Source of the DNA: the human T2T-CHM13v2.0 reference genome, Homo sapiens
Assembly (NCBI RefSeq): GCF_009914755.1
Contig: NC_060943.1
Reading direction: 5' to 3' (one strand)
Length of the DNA stretch: 64,000 nt
Below the pieces are notes generated by a model. The model had not been told where the DNA came from. It was given only the letters and a program-made list of their open reading frames with translations, and did no database searches. How positions within the stretch are numbered: the first letter of the stretch is position 1; each line of letters opens with the position of its first letter. The position numbers were made by a program, and so were the translations under genes. Positions 11,820 through 24,318 of this stretch are shown here, piece by piece.

Positions 11820-12669
11820 AGTAAGTCTGCTATAGTTCATTACAGTTGGTTAAATCAATAAGGCTACATATAATTTAATCTTCTTTTAACCAGCTGAACT
11901 TGTAAAGCTATATGTGAGCCAAGCTAAAAACTTCTCTGGTCGCATGCCCTTCAATTGTATCTCATTTAACCAATAAAATTTTCTCCATTGACTTATTTCT
12001 TTGACAAAGATTGCTAATCAGTTTAAAGAATGGTGCACCAATTTAATCACAGGTCTAGGCCATGGCAATGCTCCAGAGAGTACCAAATGGTAAAACTGTG
12101 ATGGGACAGACGGTGCGTAGGTGACCTAGCTAGAAACTAGCCCAAATTAGGTCCAGAGGAGATGCTGAGGACTTCTAGTTCCAGCATCTCCATTTCTCTT
12201 ATAAGGAATGTTATTCCTTATAAGAGGAATAACCTCAGCCTCTCGGCTGAGAGAGGCTTGGTGATTTGCTCAAGGTCACACAGCCAGTAAATGTGATCAG
12301 ACGGATGATCTCTTATTTCTCAGTCCCTGTCTTGTTCCTCACCTCCCACTGACTTTTATTACCAAAAAAATTTTTTTCCAGTTGACCACAGGATTACGAA
12401 ACCTTAATGAACTTCAGCAGGATGAGTAAAATGTGACACCGGAAATACTCACCCACAGTATGGAGTAGCTATTCCATGACAGGCAGGGATCCTCTCACTC
12501 TACCACTCTGCCAGCTAAGCCTGTGCATGGAGGTAGTGGGGGGTGTACAAGTTGGCCCTCTGTGTTTGCATGTTACACTCATCCAGAAGAGCAGACAAGA
12601 GAGGATTGAGGACGTGAATCTGATTGGGATGGAAGCCAAGAAAGAGCAAAAAAGAAACTGGCTGGTCTA

Positions 12670-13220
12670 AGAGTTAAACTACCATTCAACCCAGCAATTT
12701 CATTCCTGGGTATGGATCCAAAGGAAAAGAAATTCTACAAGAAAGACCTATGCACCCTTATGTTCATTGCAGCACTGTTCACAATAGCAGAAACATGGAG
12801 TCAACCCAGGTGCTCACCAATGATGGACTGGATGAAGCAAATGTGGAACATATACACCATGGAATACTATGCAGCCATAGAAAGAATGAAATCATGTCAT
12901 GATTCCAGCAACATGAATGCAGCTGGAAGTCATTATCCTAAGTGAACTCATGCAGAAGTGGAAAACCAAATGCCTCACGTATTAAGTGGCAGCTGAACAT
13001 TGGGTACTCATGGACATAAAGTTGGGAACAACAGACACTGGGGAATACAAGAAGGTGAAGGGTGGGGTAAGGGCCGAAAAACTACCTATTGGGTACTGTG
13101 CTCACTACCCGGGTGATGGGTTCAATCACACTCCAAACCTTAACACCATGTAATATACCTTTGTAACAAAACTGCACAGGTACCCCTTGATTTTAAGGTA
13201 AAAGTTTAAAATAATTAAAG
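12670..13220 (+). mobile_element. L1PA16/L1PB-type 3' end fragment
   Basis: ORF2 C-terminal peptide (LFTIAETWSQPRC..IYTMEYYAA) followed by 3' UTR aaaactacctattgggtac...tgtaacaaaactgcac. Confidence 0.9.
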
Positions 13221-13895
13221 ACACCCAAATAGCTAAATGAATTCAAACAAATGTACATTTGAATAAAAACACTCAATGTGGCAAAATCCTCACATAATTA
13301 GAGATACCCTTGTACAGGTCCCAGTATCTAGTAAATGCTCAAAAAATGAAGGGAAAAATAAACAAAACAAACAAACTGGCGGGCAAATGTGAGCAGGAAG
13401 ATGGCCTGAGCCTATGTCTGCAGGCTGCCTCCACACGGCTGACTCCACAGGGCTGCACTCAGGACTGTGAGCCACCTCCGCCAAGTTGGGCTTCCGTACG
13501 CCCCTGAGCAGTGGCAGCTGAGCAACGCTGTGCAGGAAGCAGGCTGACAATGTGCACAAGTTCAACTCGCCCAAGCACGTTCTTCATTTCAGTGTTTTAA
13601 AACCTCATGCATTCCTGCCACCTCTCTTCATTATAGACACTGCTGCACATAATCCGTGCAGTGAGGGGTGAACCACTCGGCTGGTCTCCCATCTCTGGGC
13701 CCTCCCCCCTCCCCATTGCCCTGGCAGGCAGCCTGGATGGCAGAGGAGAGGCCTTTTGATTGAGACTGGAATGAATCTGCACTGTTTTCAGAAGTAGGTG
13801 GACACGGGGAAGCCTGCATATTTCTCTACCACCCAGTGAGAATTTCTCATCCACCTGCAGAATTGCTAGGCCTCATTCTTTTGTCATCACAGCTT

Positions 13896-14169
13896 TCTAT
13901 TTCTAGAGACAGGGTCTCACGCTGTCACCCAGACTGGAGTGCAGCAGCTTGATCATAGCTCACTGCAGCCTCAACTTCGGGGGCTCAAGTGATCCTCCCA
14001 CCTCAGCTCCCAAGAAACTGGAACTACAGGCATGTGCCAATTTTTATTTTTTAGAGATGGAGTCTTGCTATGTTGCCCAGGCTGTTCTGAGACTCCTGGC
14101 TTCAAATGATCCTCCTTCCTTGGCCTCCCAAAGTGCTGGAATTACAGGTGTGAGCAACCAAGCCTGGCC
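13896..14169 (-). mobile_element. AluJ with 15-bp TSD
   Basis: Antisense Alu; TSD ttgtcatca(c/t)agctt at 13881-13895 and 14170-14184. Confidence 0.93.
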
Positions 14170-15537
14170 TTGTCATCATAGCTTAATGCAATTGAGAGTG
14201 GGTCAGTTCTCCAGGCTGGTTAACACCAGCATCTGTAGTCAAGGCTGCTAAAACAATTTAATTTGAGGGTCCAGGGAGGACTGAGAGAAGTCCTGGAACC
14301 AGTGTTGGGAGAACCAATAGGCAGTGACCCTAGACTTGCTGAGCCTCAAGGCACAGAGCAGAGAACACAGGGAAGGGCAGGAGCCCAGCCTTCCCCCGAC
14401 ATCCCCACCAACCTCAGCTCTGCCCACTCTTGAAGGTACAGCTCATGCCTCCTCTTCCAGGAACCCTTTCCTGACTATCCAGCCACAGGGCTGACCACTT
14501 CTTAAAATTCCTATGCACTCAGGGCTCAAAACTCACAGTCAAATTAAATCCAGCAAATATGTATCAGTTTCTGGACACTAACAACATGGTATTTGTCTCT
14601 AGGGTAGCTCATCCCATGCTGGAGGTGGGGACTGACGGAGAGCAAACCTGCAAAATGCACCAACCAGCTCCACGTGTTGCTGGCACATCAGAGGGTGGAA
14701 TGGATTGGGAAGGATCCATAGAGGATGGCCTCCCAGATGCTGTGATGGTAAATGAGAGGCCTCCTGGATTCCCCTTATAGTTGGGTTCTAAAGTTGACAC
14801 AAAAAGCAAGGCCATGGATGGTCAAGATGATTCTTGAAACTCTCTTAGAAAGATGCCATGCTGGAGATAAACACACTTGCTCATAGTGACTCCATTCAAC
14901 CAGCCTTCCCTCCAGCATTAGGGTAGACCTGCTCACTCAGTTGGCTTGTACTGCAGGGCCATGGTATAAGGAAAACCAGTGTCTTCAATGACTGAAGTCA
15001 CAATCAGTGATGTGAGATGCTTAGGTCTGGAGGTTCCGGGACCAATCTGAGCTAAAAAACGGTGATAGTGATTTCTGCTCTGTCCTCTCTGGGGCAGACA
15101 CATGCAGCATATCATGGGCACAATTGTCAGTGCTGTTTAAATTGTACCCTCTCTCTCTCTTAATTGAACTTTTGTCACTGACATGTTGTGTGCTGGGCTT
15201 CTCTGCCTAGCTTCCTATGTGCTCTACAGGTGCATATCTGTCCCATCCCTCAGTTTTATTTATGCAGAATCTGCTGCATCTCTGGAAGATTTGTGAGCTG
15301 ACTGCAAACACACCAAGAGTAAGGGGAGCAGATGTTTTCTCTCAGCCCCGAATCCCACTCATAGTGCACACAAGCCATGGCACAGAGCAGGGGCCCAGAG
15401 CCTGCTTGCTAGAAGGATCCTCTTTGTCCTTCCCCAGAGACTGGACAGAAAGCACCCCGGCCCCTTCTGGGGATGTGTGCCGTACTCATGGTGCAGCTCT
15501 GCAGCCTCCTCCTGAAAACACTTCCTCCGGAGGTGAG

Positions 15538-15666
15538 CAGGAGTGCCTGTCCCGGGCGTGGGAGGTGGCTGGGTGCATGGCAGGGGTGCCTATCCTGGGC
15601 GTGGGAGGCTGCTGCGTGCACCACAGGCGTGCCTGTCCCAGGTGTGGGAGGCTGCTGGGTGCACCC
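15538..15666. repeat. GC-rich 43-bp minisatellite, 3 degenerate copies
   Basis: gtgcct(g/a)tcc..gg.gtgggagg..gctg.gtgca recurs at 15543, 15586 and 15629. Confidence 0.85.
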
Positions 15667-15984
15667 CTCCTGCAGCACCAGGGCCGCTTGGTGCAATGCC
15701 TGCAGGTGCTCAGGAGACTTGCCTGTCTGGGCTCCTTCCTGCCTGCTGGATTTCCTGAAGAAAGGGTCTAGGGAATAATGCAGGGCTTGGATAGTCATTG
15801 TACCATTGGCCCCCTGCTAGGGAACCCAGGGATGAGAGGGGGAGGCTGCAGGATTTAAGGGGAAGTATTCTGGACAGATTTTCCTAGCTTGTTTTTAAAC
15901 AGGTTTGAATAGTTCACCCTGAGTTGGTGACATTTCAGCTTCCTTCATCTCTCACATTAGGGGCAAACTAAAATATAAAGCAAA

Positions 15985-16092
15985 AAAGTCATTGAATCAT
16001 CAGGGCCTCCTTTTTCTCTTCTGTAAAATGGGAGCAATACCACTAATCTCACAGGATGGTTTTGAGGATTGAACAAAATAAGTTAAATGTGT
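15985..16092 (+). mobile_element. MIR fragment (probably resumes at about 16462-16510 after the L1)
   Basis: ttctgtaaaatgggagcaatacc..ctcacaggatggttttgaggatt is the MIR core. Confidence 0.7.
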
Positions 16093-16097
16093 GGTGA

Positions 16098-16460
16098 ATA
16101 AAAGAGAAGGAAATAGTGTCTTTCACAGCAACTTGGGTGGTGCTGGGGGCCATTATCCTAAGTAAAGAAACTCAAGAACAGAAAACCAAATACTGCACTT
16201 TCTCACTTATAAGTGGGAGCCAAGCTATGGGTATGCAAAGTCATGTACAGGGGTGTGATGGACACTGGAGACTCAGAAGGGGGAAGGTTAGGAGGGGGAA
16301 AGGGATAAAAAGTCACCTCTGGGGTGCAATGTACACTATTGTGGTGATGGGTGCACTAAAATGCCACACTCCACCACTATACTATTCATCCATGTAGCCA
16401 AAACCACTGGAACCCCCAAAGCTATTGAAATTTAGATAAATAAATAAATCAACAAATAAT
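16098..16460 (+). mobile_element. L1PB-type 3' end fragment
   Basis: gccattatcctaagt...ttctcacttataagtgggagc...aaaaccactggaacccccaaagctattgaaat. Confidence 0.88.
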
Positions 16461-18431
16461 TTTACTTAGTACAAAATGTGTGGCAAGCTGTAAAGTCTAC
16501 AAATGCTAAGTGCTGGCAGAAAAAGCTTTGCCTTTCAGGGGAGACAGGAAGGAGAGCAATCAGGGGCCTCCGGAGGCCATGTGCGCAGTCCCAGGAGAGT
16601 GGACCTGGGGGTTGGAGGAGCCCAACCCAGCAGGAAGAGCTCGGAGCACCTGCTCCTGCCTGAGCAGCATCCGTTCCTCTCCCGGGGGCTTTCCTGTGCA
16701 GCACCCCCTCATCTGTTTCCAGCTCATGGGTGTGGGGTTGGGGGGACATTGTGAGCTGACCCCACGCCCAGCCCTAGGACTTTCCAGGCATGTAAGGGGT
16801 AAGTTCTCTTTGTGATGAAGCCAGCTGGTGACAGGCTCGAGTCACAGGTGATCAGGAGTCCTCTTCACCATGGCACATTTTGAAAAGCCATGGCATGCAG
16901 GGAGGGGCCAGATAAGCCAAGGCCTTTGCTGTCAAGAGGACGAAGCACAGAGAACTTCTTTCCATGAACTTATCTACAGCCGTCTCCAAACTCGTCTCAA
17001 GCTTACTGGAAGGCACAGATGCAGGGCAGCCCTTGCCGACAAGAGTACCCACTGCCTCTGGCTTCTGTCTTGCTCTCAGCCCAGAAACAGCAGTAAACAT
17101 CCAGGGAAAGGTGAACTCCGCATGTTCTCAGGGGATTCACATTGGACCTCCAGAGTCAAGATGCCTCTGACAAAGGGACGCAGTGTTCTGAGGCTCTTGT
17201 CTTCCTCAGAGAAGAAAGACAGCCTCTTGTTTTAGCAGTTGCCAAAATTCCACTGGCATGCCAAGTGGTGGCAGGTGAAAATTTGAACAACCATAAAGCA
17301 CTTCTGACTGTGAAATGTTCTGCCACAGCTGCAAGACAGAGAGACTGTTTCAGAGACTGTAATGACCCACAAAACAGATTGTCTCATTACCTCCTGGGAA
17401 CCTGGTCCATTCCAGGCAAAAACCTCTTCCATTTGCAACTCCAGATGTTGGATCTCCGGCGCCACTGTTGCCAATCACAGTAGTTCTGGGTCTTAATATA
17501 ACAGGTGCCAGCTGCACTAGATTTTTCTCTGCTGCCTCTGCTGGGTTTCATTTTCAACCTGCTACAAATTAGAGGGACTTCTAGCAAGTCATGTTTTATA
17601 ACCATTTGTGGGATTGGAGTAAAATCCAGCATGGTCACCTCACTGTTTCATCTGCTGTTGCTTTGTCTTTCTGTCTGGAAGAGCTGGATCCTTTAAGTAA
17701 GGGAGTCTTAGAGGCTGTATCATCATGTTTCAATGATTTATACATTTACTGGACTCACTCCCCTTCAGCCCAGTCTAAACAGATGGTAGGGAGAAAACTG
17801 AGCCTCCTGCACCAAGCTCTTCTGACTCTTGGAGCTTTCTTTGCAGTCACATTTATTGTGCATTATTCCTGTTGTAAGGGAGGCAGGTTTGAAAGCTGCA
17901 GCTAATTAAGAAGCCCACACAAAACCACAGACACACAGCCTTCACTTCAGGGTGGCCTAGAAGCACAGCCACCAACTGAACCCTGCACGGTTTGATGCCA
18001 TGCCAGAGAAAGTGAACCCTTGGTTACACGGGATAACCTGGCCCATGGAATATCCACACTCAAAGCTCTATCCAAAGAGGTAACTCAGAAGTGAATGTTC
18101 TCAAGCTTTTGGCTGAGCCAATCTCTAAATAAGTCAGTCTAGGAGAATGTTATCATTGGACCAACCAAACTACACATACTTGGACCCCATGGAAATGCTG
18201 ATGCTTTCATTGACTGTCGCCTTTAAGTCATTTTGCACCTTGGATTCTGTCCAGGCCATGTTTAGGAGACTGTAAGGTTCATTGTTGCAGCAAAAGCTCT
18301 GAAGGCCAAGTGTCCTATTCCAACTCTAGCTGTGTTTTTTACTAACTGTGAGGCTTTAGGCGCATCTCTTAACTTCCCTAAGCTCTGGTTTCTGCATCTG
18401 CAAAAGTCCCTCTCTGAAAGTGATGGTGTAT

Positions 18432-18881
18432 GTCAAAGACATGGAGTCAACCTAGGTGTCCATCAGTGGACTGGATAAACAAAATGTGGTACATCTACAC
18501 CATGGAATACTATTCAGCCATAAAGGAGAGCAAGGCCACAACCTTTGCAGCAACATGGATGCAGCCGGAGGCCATTATCCTAAGCAAACTGACACAGGAA
18601 AAGAAAACCAAATACCACATGTTCTTACTTATAAGTAGGAGCTAAACACTGGGAACACATGGACATAAAGATGAGAACAATAAACACTGGGGGCTACTAT
18701 GAGGGGGAGGGAGGAGGCAAAAGTCGAAAACTACCTATTGGGTATGATGTTCACTACCTGAGTGATGGGATCAGTTGTACCCCAAACCTCAGCATCAGGC
18801 AAGTTACCCATGTAACAAACCTGCACCTATACCCTCAAATCTAAAATAAAAGCTGAAATTATAAAAAAAAGACATAAAATA
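18432..18881 (+). mobile_element. L1PA16-type 3' end fragment with TSD
   Basis: ORF 18430..18645 is the L1 ORF2 C-terminus; 3' UTR and A-tail follow; TSD aaagtgatgg at 18417-18426 and 18882-18891. Confidence 0.92.
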
Positions 18882-19329
18882 AAAGTGATGGCACATATGC
18901 ATCTACCAGATAAGTGGGTATCAATAGCTTTTGCCTCCTAAGCCTCGATTTTCCCTCTCCTAGCAGCCATACCTCAGTTTTTTTGGGGGGGAAATTATGC
19001 CTCTCTACTCTCAGTTTTCTGGGTAAAAGTGAAGGCAGAGGGTGATCCTGCCAGTAATTTCAGACTTGAACACGACACTTAGACCTGGCCAATTGGGGTT
19101 TCTACCCACCTGGATGTGTGGTTGGCACAGGATGTATGCACAACTCAAAGGGTCTAATGAGAGAGCCCCAAGCTCTTTCTTCCTTATTATGTAGGGTTAG
19201 GCTCACAGGAGGTGCTTTATCAGAGGGATGGCGGTCCAGGTCATTCTTAATCTTTCCTGCTGCTGACATCGCTGTTCCAACATGGCCTTTGGACATTCCA
19301 TTTCAGATCCTGTGCTGATGAAACAGACT

Positions 19330-19835
19330 TGTGAATATGGCTCCTGATCCGCAGGATGCAACCTGAACCACAGAAAATGCTGAGTTCTCCAGAGGCTGTC
19401 TTCGTGCCCTGCCTGTTTCCCTTAAGTGTTCAATGTGTGCTGATGGCTTCCTGCTGTGAGGGCCTGAGACTGTCCCTGGAGAGCTTCCTAAGAAACATCA
19501 GGGTTCTCACTCAGGGCGGGCAGGAAGCGCTGAGGAGCTGATGCCTTAAGAACGACCTTCAGCCAATGATGGGAAGGACTGAAGGTTGAGCGCAGCAGAC
19601 TCCTTCCCTCAGGAGGCACAGCTCTGTGGCCTGGGCTCCACAGGGTCCTCTGGAGTTCTGCCTGAGCCCCGCTGTCCACAGCAGTGATTGGCTCTTTAAT
19701 AAGCAGTGTCTTCTCTCTCCTCCCTCTGCCTCTTCACCCTTCTCAACTGCGCTTTCTGGGTTCATCTCCTGAATAAACACTTGTGCTAAAATCTTTGTCT
19801 CAGGGTTGTTTCTAAGGGAAAACTCAGCCTAAGGT
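19330..19835 (+). mobile_element. Old ERVL LTR remnant (LTR16/LTR41-like); 5' boundary uncertain
   Basis: 3' end ctcctgaataaacacttgtgctaaaatctttgtctcagggttgtttct...cagcctaag resembles the ERVL LTR16-group terminus. Confidence 0.45.
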
Positions 19836-19891
19836 AAGTCCTTTCAGACTCAAGATAATGGGTCTATCCCTGGATTGAAACAGAAGGTAGA

Positions 19892-20218
19892 GGTAGGATG
19901 TGGTGGCTCAAGCCTGGAATCCAAGGCACAGGATTGGGAGATCAAGACAGAAAGATAGCTTTAGGCCAGGAGTTTGAGACCAGCCTGGGCAGCATAGCTA
20001 AATGCTGTCTCTACTAAAAATAATTTTTAGTAGACAAATTAGTTGGGCATGGTGTTGCACACCTGCAGTCCCAGCTACTCAGGAGGCTGAGGCAGGAGGA
20101 TCACGTGAGCCCTGGAGGCTGAAGCTGCACTGAGCTATGATCACACCAACTGCACTCCAGCCTGGGTGACAGAGTGAGACTCTGCCAAAAAGAAAAAAGA
20201 AAAAAAAGGAAAGAAAAG
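19892..20218 (+). mobile_element. AluJ
   Basis: Dimeric Alu with J-type right arm (ggaggatcac.tgagccc, gctgcactgagctatgat) and an A-rich tail. Confidence 0.92.
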
Positions 20219-21497
20219 GAAATACGAGGTGGAAGCTCGCCTGGTGCAGTACAGAGGGAGGGATACATCTGATGTGTCATCTCAATAGAGTTGTTTCACA
20301 AATTGATTCCAGGACCCAAACATGAAAATCTGTTTTTGAACAGACTGAAATTTTTTTACTGACATATGTTGTACTTTAACATCACAGAATCATACCGCTG
20401 GAAAATTAGCTCATTCTTTGAGTTTTAAGCTCTTTTTCTCTAGCAGTGAGTTTTCTTCCCCAATGAAACATTAATAGGAGGAAATATTGATTGAGCGCTT
20501 TCCCTGTACCGTATTTGAGCACTTTCTTTACTCATTTTTTACTTAGTTTTCTCAATATTACTGTGATGTAGTTTTCATTATTTTATACAAAAGAGAATTA
20601 AAATCTCACATAGACACTCCTCGCCATCATATGAAATGGATAGATGCAAGAGTTCTTTTGTAGATGTGACTGGTAGCCATAGAGTCCACAATGTGAAGGG
20701 CATTCTTAGACAGGATTGTGCATTGGGAGACTGCAGGGACATGAGATAATCCTCCCCCTGGGAGTAGGGTCACAGCAGCACACAGCTTTCCTTTGAGATT
20801 TTAGAACATACCCCTTGGTGAGTCATCTGCAACTCCTCTCTCTCTCCCTCACTCAGCCTCACCTTCTCACCAGCATTCCCCAAGACTTGTTTCTAAAGCT
20901 CAGCACAGATATCCATATAGACACACAATGGCATGGCCCTGCCACTATACACATCCAGATGTTACACTCACCGTGAATTTGTAATTAATAGCATAGCCCC
21001 TCTTTTCAAGGGAAAAAAGAAGTATTCAAGGAATACTTCTCCAACCATTAGAGGGATGTCTTTCTCCCCTAATAACCCTCTGTTCTTTGCAATCTTAAAC
21101 TGAGTCTTCCATGCTTACTCTTACCAACCAATGTGGCAATGAATATGGCCAATCCCAGGCCTCCCTGCTGATGAAAGTCCACCCAATCACCAACTTTATA
21201 CTGACTGATATGTGCCCAGAAACTCTTCTGAAGGACACATCTTCAGTTTTGCACAGGCTGTGAAGTGTACCCAAGTAAACTGAGGGGGTCTTCAGGTCAG
21301 GGTCTAGACATCAAGGTCATGTGCTGCTGTCAACACCCCAAACTGCACTTAGGGGCTGTATATGGAACCAGTGAGGACTCTGTGGCAATTGTGAGAGGGT
21401 GCAGCTTGAAGCAAGGTTCAGGCCACTGCCGCAGTCACCACAACGTGGGCCTCTTTGCTGATGTTCATAAAAGACTCGTGGTTAAGCACTTTTGCTC

Positions 21498-22040
21498 AAT
21501 CTTGCTGCTAGTTATCTACTCAGAAAAGAAATCATTTTATAAAAAGACACCTGCACTTGTATGTTTTTTTGCAGCACTATTCACAATAGCAAAGTCATGA
21601 AACCAACCCAAGTGCCCTGCAATGATTGGCTGAATAAACAAAATGTGGTAAATATACACCATGGAATACTACATAGTCATAAAAAATTATAAAATCCTAT
21701 CTTTTGCAGCAAGCTAGGTGGAGCTGGAGGCCATTATCCTTAGTGAACTAACTCAGAAACAGAAAACCAAATACTGCATGGTCTCACAGAACTAAACGGA
21801 GCTCTCCACTTAGTGGGAGCTAAACAATGGGCACACATAGACATAAAGACAAAAACAATAGACACGGGGGACCCAAAAGTTGGGGAGGGAGGGTTGAAAA
21901 ATTACCTATTAGGTACAATGTTCACTATTTGGGTGATCAGTTCACTAGAAGCCCAATTCCTACCATTATATAATATAGACATGTAACAAACAAGCACATA
22001 TATTCCTGAATCTAGAATAAAATATATATATATATATATG
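21498..22040 (+). mobile_element. L1PB4/L1PA16-17-type 3' end fragment
   Basis: gcagcactattcacaatagcaaag...atatacaccatggaatacta...gggttgaaaaattacctatt; tail converted to (AT)n. Confidence 0.88.
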
Positions 22041-22060
22041 TTTAAATAAAGGGCTTCTGT

Positions 22061-22378
<318 letters not shown>

Positions 22379-22561
22379 GCCTGGGGGGTGGCTTTTGCTT
22401 AGAAGTGATAGTCATCCTCCTGAACCAGTGTCTAGGATTGTTAATTTTGCTGTTGAAAATCCCGTAAAGGAAATATGAGCATGTCTTCATTATTTTAGAC
22501 AATATATACTGAATTCTGTCAAGTACTATTATATGTGCCATGGGGAACCACTCGTGGAGTT

Positions 22562-22870
<309 letters not shown>

Positions 22871-23079
22871 TAGGAGAAGATGGAAATAAGGTCAACAAAA
22901 AATATATTTTACATAGTAATAAAAGCTCTGAAGAAAATTGAACAGGTTATTGAGGAATAGGGTAGCACAGTGGACGGGGGATGTGAATTTGGATGGGGTG
23001 ACCAGGAACCTCCCTCTGAACTGGCCATTCTGGAGGGGAGACCTGAAGGATGAGGAGCCAGCCATGAAAGCTAGAGAGA

Positions 23080-23362
23080 GGCCGGGTGCTATGGCTCAGG
23101 CCTGGAATCCTAGCACTTTGAGAGTGCCAAGATTGGAGAATCGCCTGGGCCCAGGATATCAAGACCAGCCTGGGCAGCATAGCCAGTTCCTATCTCTACA
23201 AAAAAATAACAAATTAAAAAATTAGCTGTATGTGGTGGTGCGTGACTGTAGTTCCAGCTACTGGAGAGGCTGAGGCATCAGGACTGCTTAAGCCCAGAGG
23301 CTGAAGCTGCAGTGAATTATGATTGCATCACTGCATTTCAGCCTGGATGAAAGAGTGAGACT
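23080..23362 (+). mobile_element. AluJ
   Basis: ggccgggtgctatggctca...gaggctgaagctgcagtgaattatgattgcatcactgc. Confidence 0.9.
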
Positions 23363-23432
23363 GGGAAGGGAAGGGGAGGGGAGGGGAGGGAAGGGAAGGG
23401 AAGGGAAACGAAGGGAAGGGAAGGGAAGGGAA
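23363..23432. repeat. (AAGGG/GAGGG)n pentanucleotide repeat in place of the Alu tail
   Basis: Directly visible, about 14 units. Confidence 0.92.
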
Positions 23433-24300
23433 AGCAGGGCAGGAGAAGAAAGAAGAAAAAGTGCAGCCAACTGTTCTGGGGTGGAATGAGCTGGGCATAT
23501 TCAAAAATCAGTGAGAAGACTGCTGTGCAGGGGATGGGGAGAGAGGAATCCCACATGTAGGAAAGTGCAAACACTTAATGTTTGACGGCTCCCCCTGCTC
23601 CAGAGAGTGCTGAATCCATGGATCCAGGCCTGTTCATGAATCCTCCAGAACCAAGAACAGCGCCTATAACCAGTTACCAGCTCCTGCCACCTTCCCTTCC
23701 AGGAGGTCTCTCTAACATTGGTTGCTGTTAAGTCCAGGCTGTCACTCTCTCCCCGCTGGACACTTGCCCCACATTCTCCACAGTTCTTCCAGCCTCCAGC
23801 CTCATCCTGCCCAGGCCACCAAACTCATTTTCCAGAAGCACAGTTTAGCATAGGCCATGCCTGTTCAGAAAACTTTCCTGGCCTCCTGCCAGCTGCAGGA
23901 CCAAGTCCAGGTGCCTCCACCTGGCCCTTGGGGCCCAGCCCCACAGACCCACCCTGTCCACATCCTCCTCCCATGACTTTCCCGTGCCTGTGCTCAGCCA
24001 ATCTGTGCTCACTGCTCCCATCCCTGAGCTCCTCTTCCCCAGCTTCAGGGCCTTGGTCCAAGCTGTAGCCTCCTCCTGAAATGATACTTATGATGGAAAT
24101 AATAATGAAAATGTAGATATCGCCTTGATATTCACAAAGCCCTTTCTCACATGTTATTTTCTTCATCTTCACAACTTTCTAGACAGCGTCTTGCCTCCCC
24201 TGTACAAATATAGCTCACCCTTCCAGGCCTAGCTCTAGCGGCACCTCTTCCAAGGAGATCACTCAGATCTCTCCTCCCTTTGTACCATCTTGGTCCATCA

Positions 24301-24318
24301 TCTGCCCTCTAATGGCCA
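24301..24318 (-). promoter_or_regulatory. Candidate CTCF motif
   Basis: The minus strand reads TGGCCATTAGAGGGCAGA, versus consensus TGGCCASYAGRKGGCRS; motif match only. Confidence 0.3.

Noticed and set aside
15217-15798. 184-aa ORF and overlapping ORFs
   Set aside because: GC-rich minisatellite region open in several frames on both strands; no recognisable protein or exon structure.
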